DNA of 64,000 bases from Blasia pusilla (taxonomy: Eukaryota): the NCBI GenBank assembly GCA_050084515.1, contig CM114271.1, positions 40,114,001 through 40,178,000 of the forward strand. The letters are read 5' to 3'. Shown one piece after another: positions 28,440 through 39,870 of this stretch. Each line of letters opens with the position of its first letter. The first letter of the stretch is position 1. Made by a program: the position numbers and the translations under genes. Below the pieces are notes generated by a model. It was not told where the DNA came from. It worked only from the letters and a program-made list of their open reading frames with translations, and made no database searches.

Positions 28440-29180
28440 GCTCTTCTCAACAAACACAAGAGCATCATCAACAGCTATAGCAGCAATAACAATTAACACA
28501 ACATCAACAACACTTACAATGACATTAGCTGCAGCAATTGATGCAACGACAACTACAGCAGGTTGCAAGGCAAAGCATGCAATCTCACAAATGGGAGGGC
28601 TATTTTGTTGGCTCTTCTCAACAAACACAGCAGCATCATCAACAACTACAAAAAAAAAACAATAATTAACACAACATTAGCAGTACTTACAATAGCATTA
28701 GTAGTAGCAAAAGGTTATACATCAAAAGCAACATCAATTACAGCAACAGCAGATGCAACAACAACACGACCAACTATAACAACTCCAACAACAACTTTTA
28801 CTTCAGCAGCAGAAACAGTAATTGTTGCAGCAACAGCATCAAAAGATTTTATAACCAAAGCAACATCAATTACAATAGCAAATGATGCAACAATAGCAAG
28901 AGCAGTTACAGCAGCAGCAACAAAAACTTTTACTTCAACAACATGAACATAAATTGTTGCAGCAGCAACAGATTGTACAACCAAAAGCATTATCAATTAT
29001 AGAAGTAGCGGATGCAACACTAATTGCAGATGCAACAACAATAGGAGCAGCTACGACAATAGCAACACAAACTTTTATTTCAGCAATAAGAACATTAGTT
29101 GTTGCAGCAGGAGCAACAACAACATCAACAGTAGCAAAAATATCAATAGCAACAGATGCAATTACAACACATATTTGATT
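28440..29180. repeat. Degenerate (GCA/ACA)n low-complexity tract inside the CACTA element
   Basis: Runs of gcaacaacagca give Ala/Thr-rich (+) and Val/Ala-rich (-) ORFs. Includes an internal duplication of tggga..ggct.tttt..ggctcttctcaacaaacac. Confidence 0.8.
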
Positions 29181-32100
29181 AGCAATTTGGGCACGAGCTG
29201 TTTGATTAAGCTAACACACACTACAAGTAGTCATTAATTGAGTATTGCGACTAGCTTCATCATATCTTTGCGTGGCAGTTTGGCACAGACTATCTGTTTC
29301 CAATATTCATTGCCCAAATATTCTATTGTGGTGAGTAATATGAGCCAACCCTACATGACCTGTAATAGAGGAGCAAATGATAAAGCATTTGTGGAAACCA
29401 TAATCAAAGCAATCAGCAAATTGATATGGCAGAACAACACCAAGAAATCCATGAAAATCATTGAGCTCTCTGCCTTTACAGTATATCTCAATCTTGTAGA
29501 ACAAAATAAGTGATTACAAAGTTAACAAGACACAGACCAAGAGCTTATGATGATATTTCTAAGCTAGTAATACCTGAATTTTTCAACATATTCACTAGCC
29601 TAGATTCATTGCCCAAAGTTGTTGCACTAGTTAGTAATGTTTCTAGGGAATCCCAATCAATTGAAGTACATGATCCTTATTACTTGAGGAGTAGTCTCTC
29701 TCATGTCCAAACAGGGCACATGGTCTACAGTCGCAAGGCTACGACAAGCACTACTTAATGAGCATAGTGTGTGGTCAGCTGGTAACACCAAAAATGTTCA
29801 ACACATTTTGTAGCCTAGATTCATTGCCCAAGCTGTTGCACTAGTAAGTAATGTTTATTGGGGATCCCAACCAGGACAAGTAGATGGGGTGGTGAAGAGC
29901 TTCATGGTTGAGACTTAAGAGCTCTGCACCAACACGATGTATGGTCAACCCTCACACTATATGAGAATATCCTGCTTCTATTCATGAATTCTTCCTCTCT
30001 CTCTATTCCCATCCCATTCTTAACACTGTCCAACCAAGGCGTAGGGTCTATAGTCACAAGGCTACAACATGCACTACTTAATTAACTATTGAGTACATTT
30101 TCTCTCTTTGGTAAGCTAAAATCGTAGCACCAGAAATTTTCAACACACACAATAGCCTAACTAGATTCATTGCCCTACAAGACCATAGACCATGCACCGG
30201 GGGAATCTACACCCTTCGAGGTCTCAAGTTACTCATTGACACTACTTAATGAGTACAGTCTCTCTTTCTCCGGGTTTCCAACACAAAATTTAGAACACAC
30301 AAACCAAAAAGATTTCTTGATATACCTAGGTTGGTAACACTAGGATCATAACCAAGCTACAGATTAAAAACAAAGATTCAAGAGATACGTCAAAGAACTA
30401 GGCTCTCTACAAAAGCCTAATTTGTGGGAGAAAAATGGGGAAGTATTTGTGGGACCTATCATAGTGACATACTATGTCTTTCATTCTCTCCTCATAAAAT
30501 TTACAATAGATAGAGCAAGAACATATGTTGTTATTGTTATGTTGGTAGGACCAGAAGTGTTCTCCACATTCACTAGCTTGTATTAATTGCCTAAAGCTGC
30601 TGAACTAATAAACCTTGTTTATTAGGGATCCCAATGAGGTAAACTACATGGTAGGATAATCACTAGACCCATCTCTACCCTTCCCATCCAACTATGACAA
30701 ACACTGCTTAATGAGTAGAACCTCTCTTGAAAGCTGGTCTCCTACACAAAATTCAAAACATACACAACAAGAGCATATGCTGATATAGCTAAGTTGGTTC
30801 CTACAAAATCAGAAGCACGCTATATCCAACTATGACAAATACTACTTTATGAGTTCAGCCTCTCTTTCTCATGGTCTCTTGCATATAATTCAGACCACAC
30901 ACAGCATGAGCATATGCTTATAGAGCAAAGTCGGTAAGACCAAAACCATAAGCATGCTACATCTTTGAACAAAGATTCAAGAGATTGAACAAGGCCCTCT
31001 ACATAAACCTGAACTGAGGGAACAAGATGAGAAATTTTTGTGGATGCCATAATCAAACTAAGCTTCAAACATCTTCAGCAAAAAATCACAAAGGAAGCCA
31101 TGACAATGCCTGACTTGTCTTTCATCATTTTATACCATGAACAAGTAGAACTGAAAAATTGCTTCTGGGGATGAAGCTAACAGAAGTTCAAGTTTAAGAT
31201 GGGGGCACAACAAATAAACCCTTTAACCATAACAAAACTAGGATGGGAACATAACAAATAAAAAGCTCTCTTGGTATTCTGCAAGAACTTTGTCCACATC
31301 GAACAAAAGCATATGTTGATCTTGCTTTGTTCTTACTACTAGAATTGTTCAACACATTAGCTTAGATTCATTACATACCCATCTTCACTTCTTCCTCTCT
31401 ATGCACCCATCCTATTCTTAAGGAATTTTTGAACCAAATCCTAGTGTCTAAGGTGCTTTATAACAAGCACTACTGCGAGAAAACACAGAAAATCGAGCAA
31501 ATTTGAATCGGCCTTGGACAACTCACCTCCTAGCTCATAAGGCTGAGCTCACGTTACTGCACATTCTCTGCACCTCTCTCTCTCTCTCTATGCTTTCTTC
31601 TCTAATTCTCTCAGCCAATATGCTCTTTTGCACCCGATACGCTCTTCTACCTGCCTCTCCAACTTAGTTCTTTAGCAAAACTCTCGTGCACTTTGCCGTT
31701 TTCCTCTTATACCTGCCTCCTACAAGCTTGTGTTCTCCTCCGTCCTCACACCTTCACTCACTCTCTTTCCCTTCCTCGATCTCCTTCCATAATCCGCGTC
31801 TTCAGACACCTCAAAGAGAGATGAAACCCTTCACCCGACCACACACAAAACCGACCACATAAGGAGTTCAGTTCGTTGCAACGTGCGCCTACGTACCCTG
31901 ACGACTACTTCCCTCTCTCTTAGGGTTCGCTCTAAGCGACGAAAACAAAGCTTCGCGCAAGCAGCACACAGTCACAACACCATCAGAACTTCCGCAAGAT
32001 GGAAAGAACATAGTAGGGAGGCGGCGCAGAGCGAGAGAGAGCCCTTCCCTAGGCCTCGTAACAAGTCTTGCGACTTTGGCCCCTCTTGCTCATGCTCACA

Positions 32101-32269
32101 CTTCCTTGCTCTTTTCCCCCCAATCGGTAGCTCCTTCTTTGCTTGCGCACCATAAGTGCGTCTAGAGGGCGCTATGTCATTTGCCACGTAGGTATGTGAA
32201 ATTTGGGAATCCCCATTAATTTTGCTCATTTTTTTCATCTAAGTGTTGATGTACCTTATTTGTATTTAG

Positions 32270-32545
32270 TTTATGACTTGACACGTTTAGTCATTTTTCG
32301 TTCCTTACTCAAGTGAGTCATATAAATTTTCAGTATGACTATACACAAGAGTGACTACTTGCTAAGTCATTTCAAATATGACTACACCATATCCTAAGAT
32401 TTCTCTATGACTTAGTCATATTTGTATATGACTAGAACTTTACTATTATATGGTGTGATATGACTTCTATCCGAATGGCAAACATTCTAGTCATATGTTT
32501 GAGTCATGAAGAACCTCAGTCATTCTAGTACTAGTCATAAAAACC
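32270..32545. repeat. CACTA subterminal ATGACT/AGTCAT repeat field (right end)
   Basis: Same motif as the left end, adjacent to the TAGTG terminus. Confidence 0.85.
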
Positions 32546-32562
32546 ACTATTTTCTTCTAGTG

Positions 32563-32704
32563 ACTCATGTCCGACTACTTTTTCCAGGATGGTATCTGTG
32601 AAGGATAACGGATGGTGATCCTTCAAGGTGGCCGCATTCAACTTTCGATAATCTTCGCATACCCAGATCTTGCTTGATTGCTTCTTAGGCACAATCATCA
32701 TTGG
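32563..32704 (-). pseudogene. N-terminal part of the same Gypsy RT, on the other side of the CACTA insertion
   Basis: Translates PMMIVPKKQSSKIWVCEDYRKLNAATLKDHHPLSFTDTILEKVVGH and joins in frame to ECYTFLDGYSGY once the CACTA element and one TSD copy are removed. Confidence 0.9.
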
Positions 32705-34779
32705 GGGGGCTGGTATTCTTACAAGAGAGAGTAAGAGAGGAGAGGAAGAGAGGCCCTTTCTTTCTCTCCAAAAGAAAGGGCCAAATCCTTAAACTCTCTT
32801 CAAAACTTTCTTCAAGTTTTGAGGTTTCTTCCCTACTTCTATTGAATTCTCAACATCCACTCCTCTGAGCACCATTGATTTGATCGGCCCCCTTGTATGA
32901 GGAGAAGCCTAGATCGATGGTTCCGACTTAGACGTCGAAGGAGTCATAGTAATATGACGTAGGTGGTTTACGGAGTAGCGTTACTAGGTTTATCTAACCC
33001 TATATTGCATCAGGGTGCCCCGCACCCTGATGCAACTTTTTTCTATTAATAGAAACGAAGAAAAATAGGTAAAAACCCTGGTTTTCCCGAGTAGTCAAAT
33101 AGTCGGGAGCCGTAGCGGTAGCGCATTCTCGTATGTCGAGTTATCTCCCAGTTCAGGTTCCATCGAAGCTCTTCTGTGAGCACACGGACGGACTAGGCCA
33201 CTTTATATCTCTAAGTTTTGTAAAGATTTAAGTGATTTAGTCATTTTCTGCTTTTCTCACAACTTCAAATGAAATAAATTTTCAAAGAGAGTAAGAAGTG
33301 CACCACAATGGGCTCTTTGTCCAATACTCCCACCCTCATCCCCAACACTTTGTGAAAATCTAACAACCAGTCATGACAGACTTGTGATTCCGATGGGACT
33401 ACAATGAAGGAAACGAGGCTGGGAGTTGCAAAGAATGAATTGAAAATTATGTTAAGAAATTGTGAAAAATGAGAGTGTTAAGATTTCATTTTTGCAAGGG
33501 AATTGCAGTACTAAGCTTGCAACATCTCAGAAAATCACATATTCCAGAAGCATGCTTTGAAGAAAATGGGGGAGCAAGAGCAAACGATAATAGCATTCTT
33601 CCTAGGTTGCATGCCATCTTCCAAAGTTTTGGAAACTTCACATCCATTTGAAGAAGGATCTTGACAAGTGGTTCCATTATGCCCTGCAACCCATGAGAAT
33701 CCGATAGGTTGGAAGATATGATAAGTCCATGGTGCAAACGAAGCGCTTGCAACCTGTCAAAATCTGACAATTTGCAAGCATTGTCTTTTTTATGTTTATC
33801 TTCCAACCCATCGGAATCCGACGGGTTGCAAGATAAAGAAAAAACAAAGTTGTTACCAGGGGTTTTCTGTGATAAGTTTGAACCTGTACAATCTCTCTGA
33901 ATCAAACTTTTTGCAAGATGTGGCATCAATGAAAAAGATGTTCCTAGAGTCACCTTAGAGTAGGCATACATGGAAGAGCTGGGCTAGTATTGTGGCATAT
34001 TTGAGGAGTGTACATGAGGACGTCAAAAGTGGAAGATGACGAAGAGCCAAATGAAGAATAGAAAACCCAAAAAAGAAAAAGATCATAAGGGAATCACCCT
34101 GAGTCATGCAACCTTTCGGAATCCGACAGGTAGTAGGAATCCAACACGTCTCTGAAATAACGTGTTAGAGAAGAATGGTGTGAAGATAATGGGGGAATGA
34201 GGTGAAAGTGAAGAAGCCTGCGAGAATGCCTCAAAAGTCTTATCTTCGCGATCCTATCTTTGCGATAACTCTTATCCTTCTATCGCCACGAAGAGTCTTC
34301 CTTTCTACTTTCTTTCAATCAACTTCCTTCAAAGCATTCTCTACCTTTCTATTCCTATTCTTAATACATCTTTCCGCTTTATGAAGACTCTTTGACTTCT
34401 TCTGCTTCTTCCTCTTCCTTCTTAGAGTTCTTAATCTTTGCTCTTGGATCTTCGCTCTTCGTTCTTTGTACCAAGTCTTCGCACAAAGACTACCTTCAGT
34501 CTTCTTTACAAATAACCGTTTTTCCAATCTTTTTTGACAATCTTTTACACTGTTCTTACTCCGGTCTTCCTTGCGAAGCACCCGCGCTTCCTCTTCTAAC
34601 TTCTTTGCCTATCTTTACTTACTTTTACACAATTCTCACTCTTCCGAGATGGTCGTTAATCTTCCAACATCTCCTGTCCTCTCATCAGAGTTTTTTCAGT
34701 CAAGTTTTTCACATAATTTCAGTAAAGTAAGACTCTTTACTTCCGGTATTGAGTCTTTAGTCTTTGCTCAAGGAAAACT

Positions 34780-35945
34780 GTTGTACAAAAAATGCTCTTT
34801 CTGTCATATTTTAAAAACCGTGGGCACGACAGTCCACATTGTCAAGCCTCCCCTTTCTGTGTTAGAGCGTGTCCGGCTTATATTTTTTTCTTAGTGCACG
34901 ACCACAATTCTACGTCCGAGTACACAAGGTTGGAAATTCATGGTGGGAGTCACACTCACCCTATCACGGATGCAATTGAAAGACACATCAAGGAGGATGT
35001 GGCAAAGAAGGTTGCCAAGGTGTACAAAAAATCTCCAGGATCAAAGCCATGAGCGATCAAATTAACAACTGCATCATAATTTTATGAACAACTTCTGGGT
35101 ATCCCTGGCCAAGGGGAGATCACGGCAGTTGTGGGAAAATATTGCATTCTTGGCTGGTCCAGAAAGCTTCAGGAACTTATTGCATCAAATACAAATACTT
35201 GATGGAAAAACCACGGAAATGGATGCCATTTCCAGAATCAAGGCCAACTCACGGTTTCCATTCATTGGGAGATGGCAGTTCATGGGCCAAGGAGGCAAGG
35301 GATCTAGAGATTATGTCTTTAAAATGTCAAACACAGGTCCGTCTAGTGGCTTGGATCTTATTGACAGAATGAGGAAGGGAGAATATCTATTTGGGAGCCG
35401 GGTTAGCTTTGATATTTGCTATAGGGTATTAGATGGATGGTTGAATATGGGTGCACACGTATACCACCATGTGGAGAAGGGTCTCAAAACTATTTTTTTC
35501 TCTGAGGTGAAAGCGGAAGATGTTGGCAGCTTGAAGATGTGTTGGTTACTCCTACTAGAGGTGATAAAGGAAAACAAAAGACCTCCTCCTGAAATATATG
35601 GCTTCATGGCCGACAATGCCCAACCGAGATGGATTGCTATCAGGGAAGTGTTCTCGGTAGGGGGGGAATTTCAACCGGAAAGGGAAAGATTGGATGCTTT
35701 CCATTGGCAACAATCCGTGACTCGCTACACAAAATCCTGCATCAAGGAGACTAAGAGAACAGAGCATGTAGCTCTACTTCAACGTTGCAAGGATAGCAAA
35801 ACCTTGAAATAAGCCATGGAGTGCCGGGAAGAGCTTCATGTGTGGTGGAGAAAGCATGTGATTGAGGGGAAATACAAAGAGTTGTGTTCGTGGCTCAGTT
35901 GGTGGACCGTCCGTATGAGGCTATGGGGAAACTTTATGCGACATC
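34780..35945 (+). pseudogene. Mutator-like (MULE-type DDE) transposase relic with N-terminal C/H zinc-finger-like region
   Basis: KCSFC...C...HGGSHTHP, followed by SFD, YGFMADNA and DAFHWQQSV (CxxH-like position). Stops and frameshifts present. Superfamily assignment is by motif resemblance only. Confidence 0.55.
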
Positions 35946-35990
35946 TGAGTTTACTCCATTTTTTTGGAAGTATGTGGTCCAAGTGTGAGG

Positions 35991-36870
35991 TTGCAACCCG
36001 TCGGAAGCCTACGGGTTGCAAAATAGGTAGGTAAAGCAACCTGTCTGAACCGACAGGTTGCATCAAATTGAGGAATGTCTGAATCCAAAGGCTTGCAATC
36101 CGTTGGAATCTGACGGATTGCGAGCTAATGTTTTGCAAAAAGAAATCCATCTTGCAACCCGTTGGAATCCGGCGGGTTGCAAGATGAACTTTTTTCAGAA
36201 AAAAAATCAACCTGCAAAAAATTGCAACCTGTTGGATTTTGACGCGTTGCAAGATAAATTTCTATCGCAAAAAGTTCATCTCGCAACTTGTCGGAATCCG
36301 ACCGGTTGCAAGTGACTTTTTGCGAGAGAAATTAATCTTGCAACCCTGTCATAATCTGACTGGTTGGAAGTTACATTTTGCGAGAAAAAATCATCTTGCA
36401 ACGCGTCAAATTCTCATGGGTTGCAAGAACATTGGCAGAGAAAAGTCATTTGCCGAAGGACTGCAATCGGCTTTTTTCAAAAATATTTTGGTGCTTGTCC
36501 ACGGGTTGCAAGCGGCTTTTTTCAAAAAAAATTTGGTGCTTGTCGAACGGTTGCAAGCGACTTCTTTCAAAAATGTTTTGGTGCTTGTCAACGGGTTGCA
36601 AGCGGCTTTTTTCTAAAATGCTTTGTTGCTTGGAACCTTTCGGATTTCGACAGGTTGCAAGCATTGAACCCTTAGGCGTTCCCTCCATCAATTGGTAAGT
36701 TTTGTGCAGGGACTTAATATTCACGAGAACATTGGCAGAGAAAAGTCGTTTGCCGACGGGCTACAAGCGGTTTTTTCAAAAATATTATGGTGCTTGTCGA
36801 CGGCTTGCAAGCGGCTTTTTTCTAAAATTCTTTGTTGCTTGCAATCTGTCGGATTGCGAGAGGTTGCAAG
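35991..36870. repeat. Array of ~31-bp palindromes, consensus TTGCAACCYGTCGGAATCCGACRGGTTGCAA, plus a larger tandem duplication
   Basis: Copies at about 35991, 36036, 36093, 36152, 36222, 36281, 36338, 36395, 36630 and 36839. Further copies at about 33685, 33747, 33801 and 34107. Confidence 0.85.
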
Positions 36871-36939
36871 CATTGAACCCTTAGGCGTTCCCTCCATCAA
36901 TTGATAAGTTTTCTTGTGCAGGGACTTAATATTCTTTAT

Positions 36940-37316
36940 TACTCATAGTAGTCATTATTATTTGAGTTATAACTTGTAAAATGACTCTTCCAAGTCACTC
37001 TTTAAGACTAGAAGAGTCATAAAGAATGATTCGTCTAGTCGTTCTTTATGACTTGAGTAGTCATAAGGAATGACTTGTCAAGTCATTTTTATGACTTCAC
37101 CTAGTCATGAACAATGACTAGGTGAGTCGTATTTAGTGACTACATTGAGTAAAAAAAATGGGACTCAAACATGACTACACTCGGTTTGAGTAACAACCTA
37201 TATGACTAGGAGTAATTTTAATTACTATAGTGTGGTTAAGTAATTACAAAGTCTCAGTCTCGATTTGAGTAATATCCAATCTTTTTTTTAGTCATTCAGA
37301 GGGGGATTTTGTAGTG
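36940..37316. mobile_element. Orphan CACTA terminus with ATGACT subterminal repeats
   Basis: Ends ...ggattttgTAGTG at 37316 (reverse complement CACTACAAAATCC), with a dense ATGACT/AGTCAT field. No matching partner end or TSD. Confidence 0.8.
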
Positions 37317-38964
37317 ATACAAACTCGAGGTTTATGTGTAGTGCGGCTCAGATAGAGGCTCTGACGGTGATGACTTGGGGTGATGCAAGAGTTACCAAGC
37401 CACTAAGGGGTAGGGTGGAGATAGATCCACAACAGGGAACTGACGAGTGATAGGCCAAGGTTCCCTAGTCATTTATGTTGTCAAAGGCACTTCACACACC
37501 TTTGATGGTGCCTAGATGACCAATATTGCCCACAAGTGAGTCGATATCATGAGGAATTGGAGAGAAAACTCCTATGCTGGCTCAAGTGGAGCAAGTGTCG
37601 ACCATATGGTTGGAGGTGGCCACTAGGGTGAGCCAGGCGGCGTTGTTTGCCACCATGGAGTTGGCGACGATGGGTGTTCTAGTTGGCCACCATGTTGTGT
37701 GAGCGTGGAGAGGTGGATGCCTCTTTTTCAGAGGTGGTTGTTGAGGAGGTGGTGGATGTGTCCTCGGAGCATATGCTCGGGACGTCCCTGACTCAATCAG
37801 GATAGGCTACGATGGTGAAGTTAGTGGATATACCAACTTGATCAGTGATAGAGCAAGCCATGGTGACACCAGGTGTGGTGTTGTTGGATAACCAGCTTGG
37901 AGTGTTCCGCTTGTTAGTCCCATAGGTATGATGTACCACCCGTAACGCGTCCTACTTGCTTTGGGAGCGCAAACCTTGTTGTTAGGAAAGGCGGCGTGTT
38001 TGACATTGGGATTACGGAAAGACGACATTGAGCCTTGTCCCTTTTAGATATAGACCTCTATTAGGGGCGTGTCACTTATGCATTACACAACTCGATAGGA
38101 GGTAGCGGTCAAACTCCAACCAGAGCATGCGTTAGATAGTGCGATGGTGTGCTCTTGTGCAATTACGACACCGGTAGAGTCGTATGATATGTTGGTAGGC
38201 ATTATGGTGTTGTACTCCCTTGGTTTTATCCTTGATTTTTGGGAGGAAAGATTTCTTATCGACCACAATACGTGGCCATCAAGTGATGGATGGGTGGGCC
38301 ATCTACTGGTGTAGTCTGCAGGGCGTAGTGGTGGTCGACCACGTGATGATACGGTGACCGTGTTGGCAACATTCATAGGTGGTGACCATGAGAGTTGTTG
38401 GAGGGGACACACATATGGAGGAAATTCCCGTAGCGGATAGTCCCGTGGAGAGACATGCTAGGGTGGGTGTCTCTTCCTATGGTGTGGAGACCTCTTTACT
38501 CTTGGTGGGTATGAGTGTTGACTTGCAGGGGAGTGCATACAAGCTTGTAAGGCAAGCGTGGAGTTGTGTGGGTGTCTTTGGAGCAAATAGAGTCAGGTGA
38601 TGGTGGTGCTCTTGGAGTGGAGACTTAATATCTTCAGATAACAGACGTGTTGTCTGGCAGGGTATGGAGGAGGGTGCAAGAGTGTTAGATCTCTTCGGAG
38701 GGATCAACAAGGCGGGTATCTGTAGTGTTGTAAGAATGATGGAACCAATGGTGTAGATGTGTATAGAGTAGTAGATCATGTTACGTAAATGTGATGTCTG
38801 CTATTTGGAGTTAGGGGCATCCAAATACCAACTAGGGGGGCGGTTTTGTGGTCTCGATGTATGTGCGTGAGTGTATTTTGTTTATGAGTGCATCAACCCG
38901 TATGTTGGAAAGATTGGTGTTGTGTGGTGTGTAGATATGACCAGCGATGTGTATTCGTACGACA
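37317..38964 (+). mobile_element. Truncated, internally deleted second copy of the DNMT-carrying Gypsy family
   Basis: Colinear with ~56895-58310 (protease region, RVLDLFGGI at ~38679-38705), then jumps to the PHD 3' end, PPT (38834-38843) and block B, which ends in CA at 38964. Confidence 0.85.
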
Positions 38965-38966
38965 GT

Positions 38967-39599
38967 TGTTACATCTTAGTTAGACGACAGGTAGAGTTGT
39001 ATCATGTCAAAGACATAGAGGTTTAGTGGGTTGTCCAGGTATAACTTTTTTCTTGAGACGTCGGATGAGGTTGGCGACAATCCCATTGCATTGGGAACAT
39101 CATCTCTAAATTTTTCCTATTTTTGTCTTTGTCATCCAAGTGACTAGTTGACCCAGTCAACGGTCATGCGATAACCTATGCTTGCAGGTTACCGTTTGGA
39201 GGCTATTTTTGGGGGAAGAGCTATTTTAAGAGAATACACATTGTTAGTCACATCTGTAAGGGTGTGAGAGAGGGAGAGATAGCTTTCCCAAGCCATCTTT
39301 CTCACTTTGGGCCTTAAGAGCACCTCTCTTGCTTGTTTATGTAGGAACTAGGGTGGTAGCGTCCAGATTTCCTCATAACGGAGGGTGGATGTGACTCGAT
39401 ATGCCGATGTAAATTCAAGAGTGGAGTTTTAGGCTGGGTAAGCTATTTTTATTTTATTTTATTGTGTGGTCTCGATGTATATGCATGAGGGTATTTCGTT
39501 TATGGGTGGATCAATGTGTGTGTTGGAAAGATCGGTGTTGTGTGGTATGCAGATATGACCAACAATGTGTATTGTGTAGCAATGTGTATGCGCACGATA
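38967..39599 (+). mobile_element. A+B unit of the same family (solo-LTR-like or internally deleted element)
   Basis: 38967-~39440 is homologous to 56200-56652 (block A, starting TGTTACATC). 39463-39599 is homologous to 61678-61813 (block B). Confidence 0.8.
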
Positions 39600-39629
39600 T
39601 AAGGCATCTTGGAATCTTTTAATTAGTAG

Positions 39630-39870
39630 CATTAAGCTTTCCAAAAATAATAAATTTCATTCTTAAAGAAAATATGGAGATGCATTATCACTTTATTAGA
39701 GAAGAAGTGCTCGTAGGAGAGATTAATCTTGCGTACAAAAGTATAATTATGCAAACTACTAATATATTATTGAAGGGATTGCTTAGAAATAAGTTAGATA
39801 CGTTTAGAGATGATGTATGTGTTAGAGATATCCATACAAATTTGAGGAGAATATTGAAGATGGAGTAAGA
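39630..39870 (+). pseudogene. Ty1/copia RNase H C-terminal relic
   Basis: EMHYHFIREEVLVGEINLAY...QTTNILLKGL...FRDDVCV matches the copia HFIRE...Q.ADIFTK.L tail, followed by a purine run. Confidence 0.75.

Larger units (their letters stand above)
16070..32562 (-). mobile_element. Full-length (16.5 kb) CACTA/En-Spm DNA transposon
   Basis: CACTA at 16070 and TAGTG ending at 32562. 3-bp TSD ACT at 16067-16069 and 32563-32565. ATGACT/AGTCAT subterminal repeats at both ends. Internal TnpD- and TnpA-like coding. Confidence 0.95.

Noticed and set aside
28386-29178. Ala/Thr- and Val-rich ORFs resembling mucin, antifreeze or membrane proteins
   Set aside because: Artefacts of the (GCA/ACA)n low-complexity tract, which is open on both strands.
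35991-36425. CRISPR-like array of palindromic repeats
   Set aside because: Eukaryotic TE context, degenerate repeats, spacers similar to one another and no cas genes.
16070-37316. One 21-kb CACTA element ending at 37316
   Set aside because: Flanks ACT/ATA do not match, whereas the 32562 end gives a perfect TSD and restores the RT frame.
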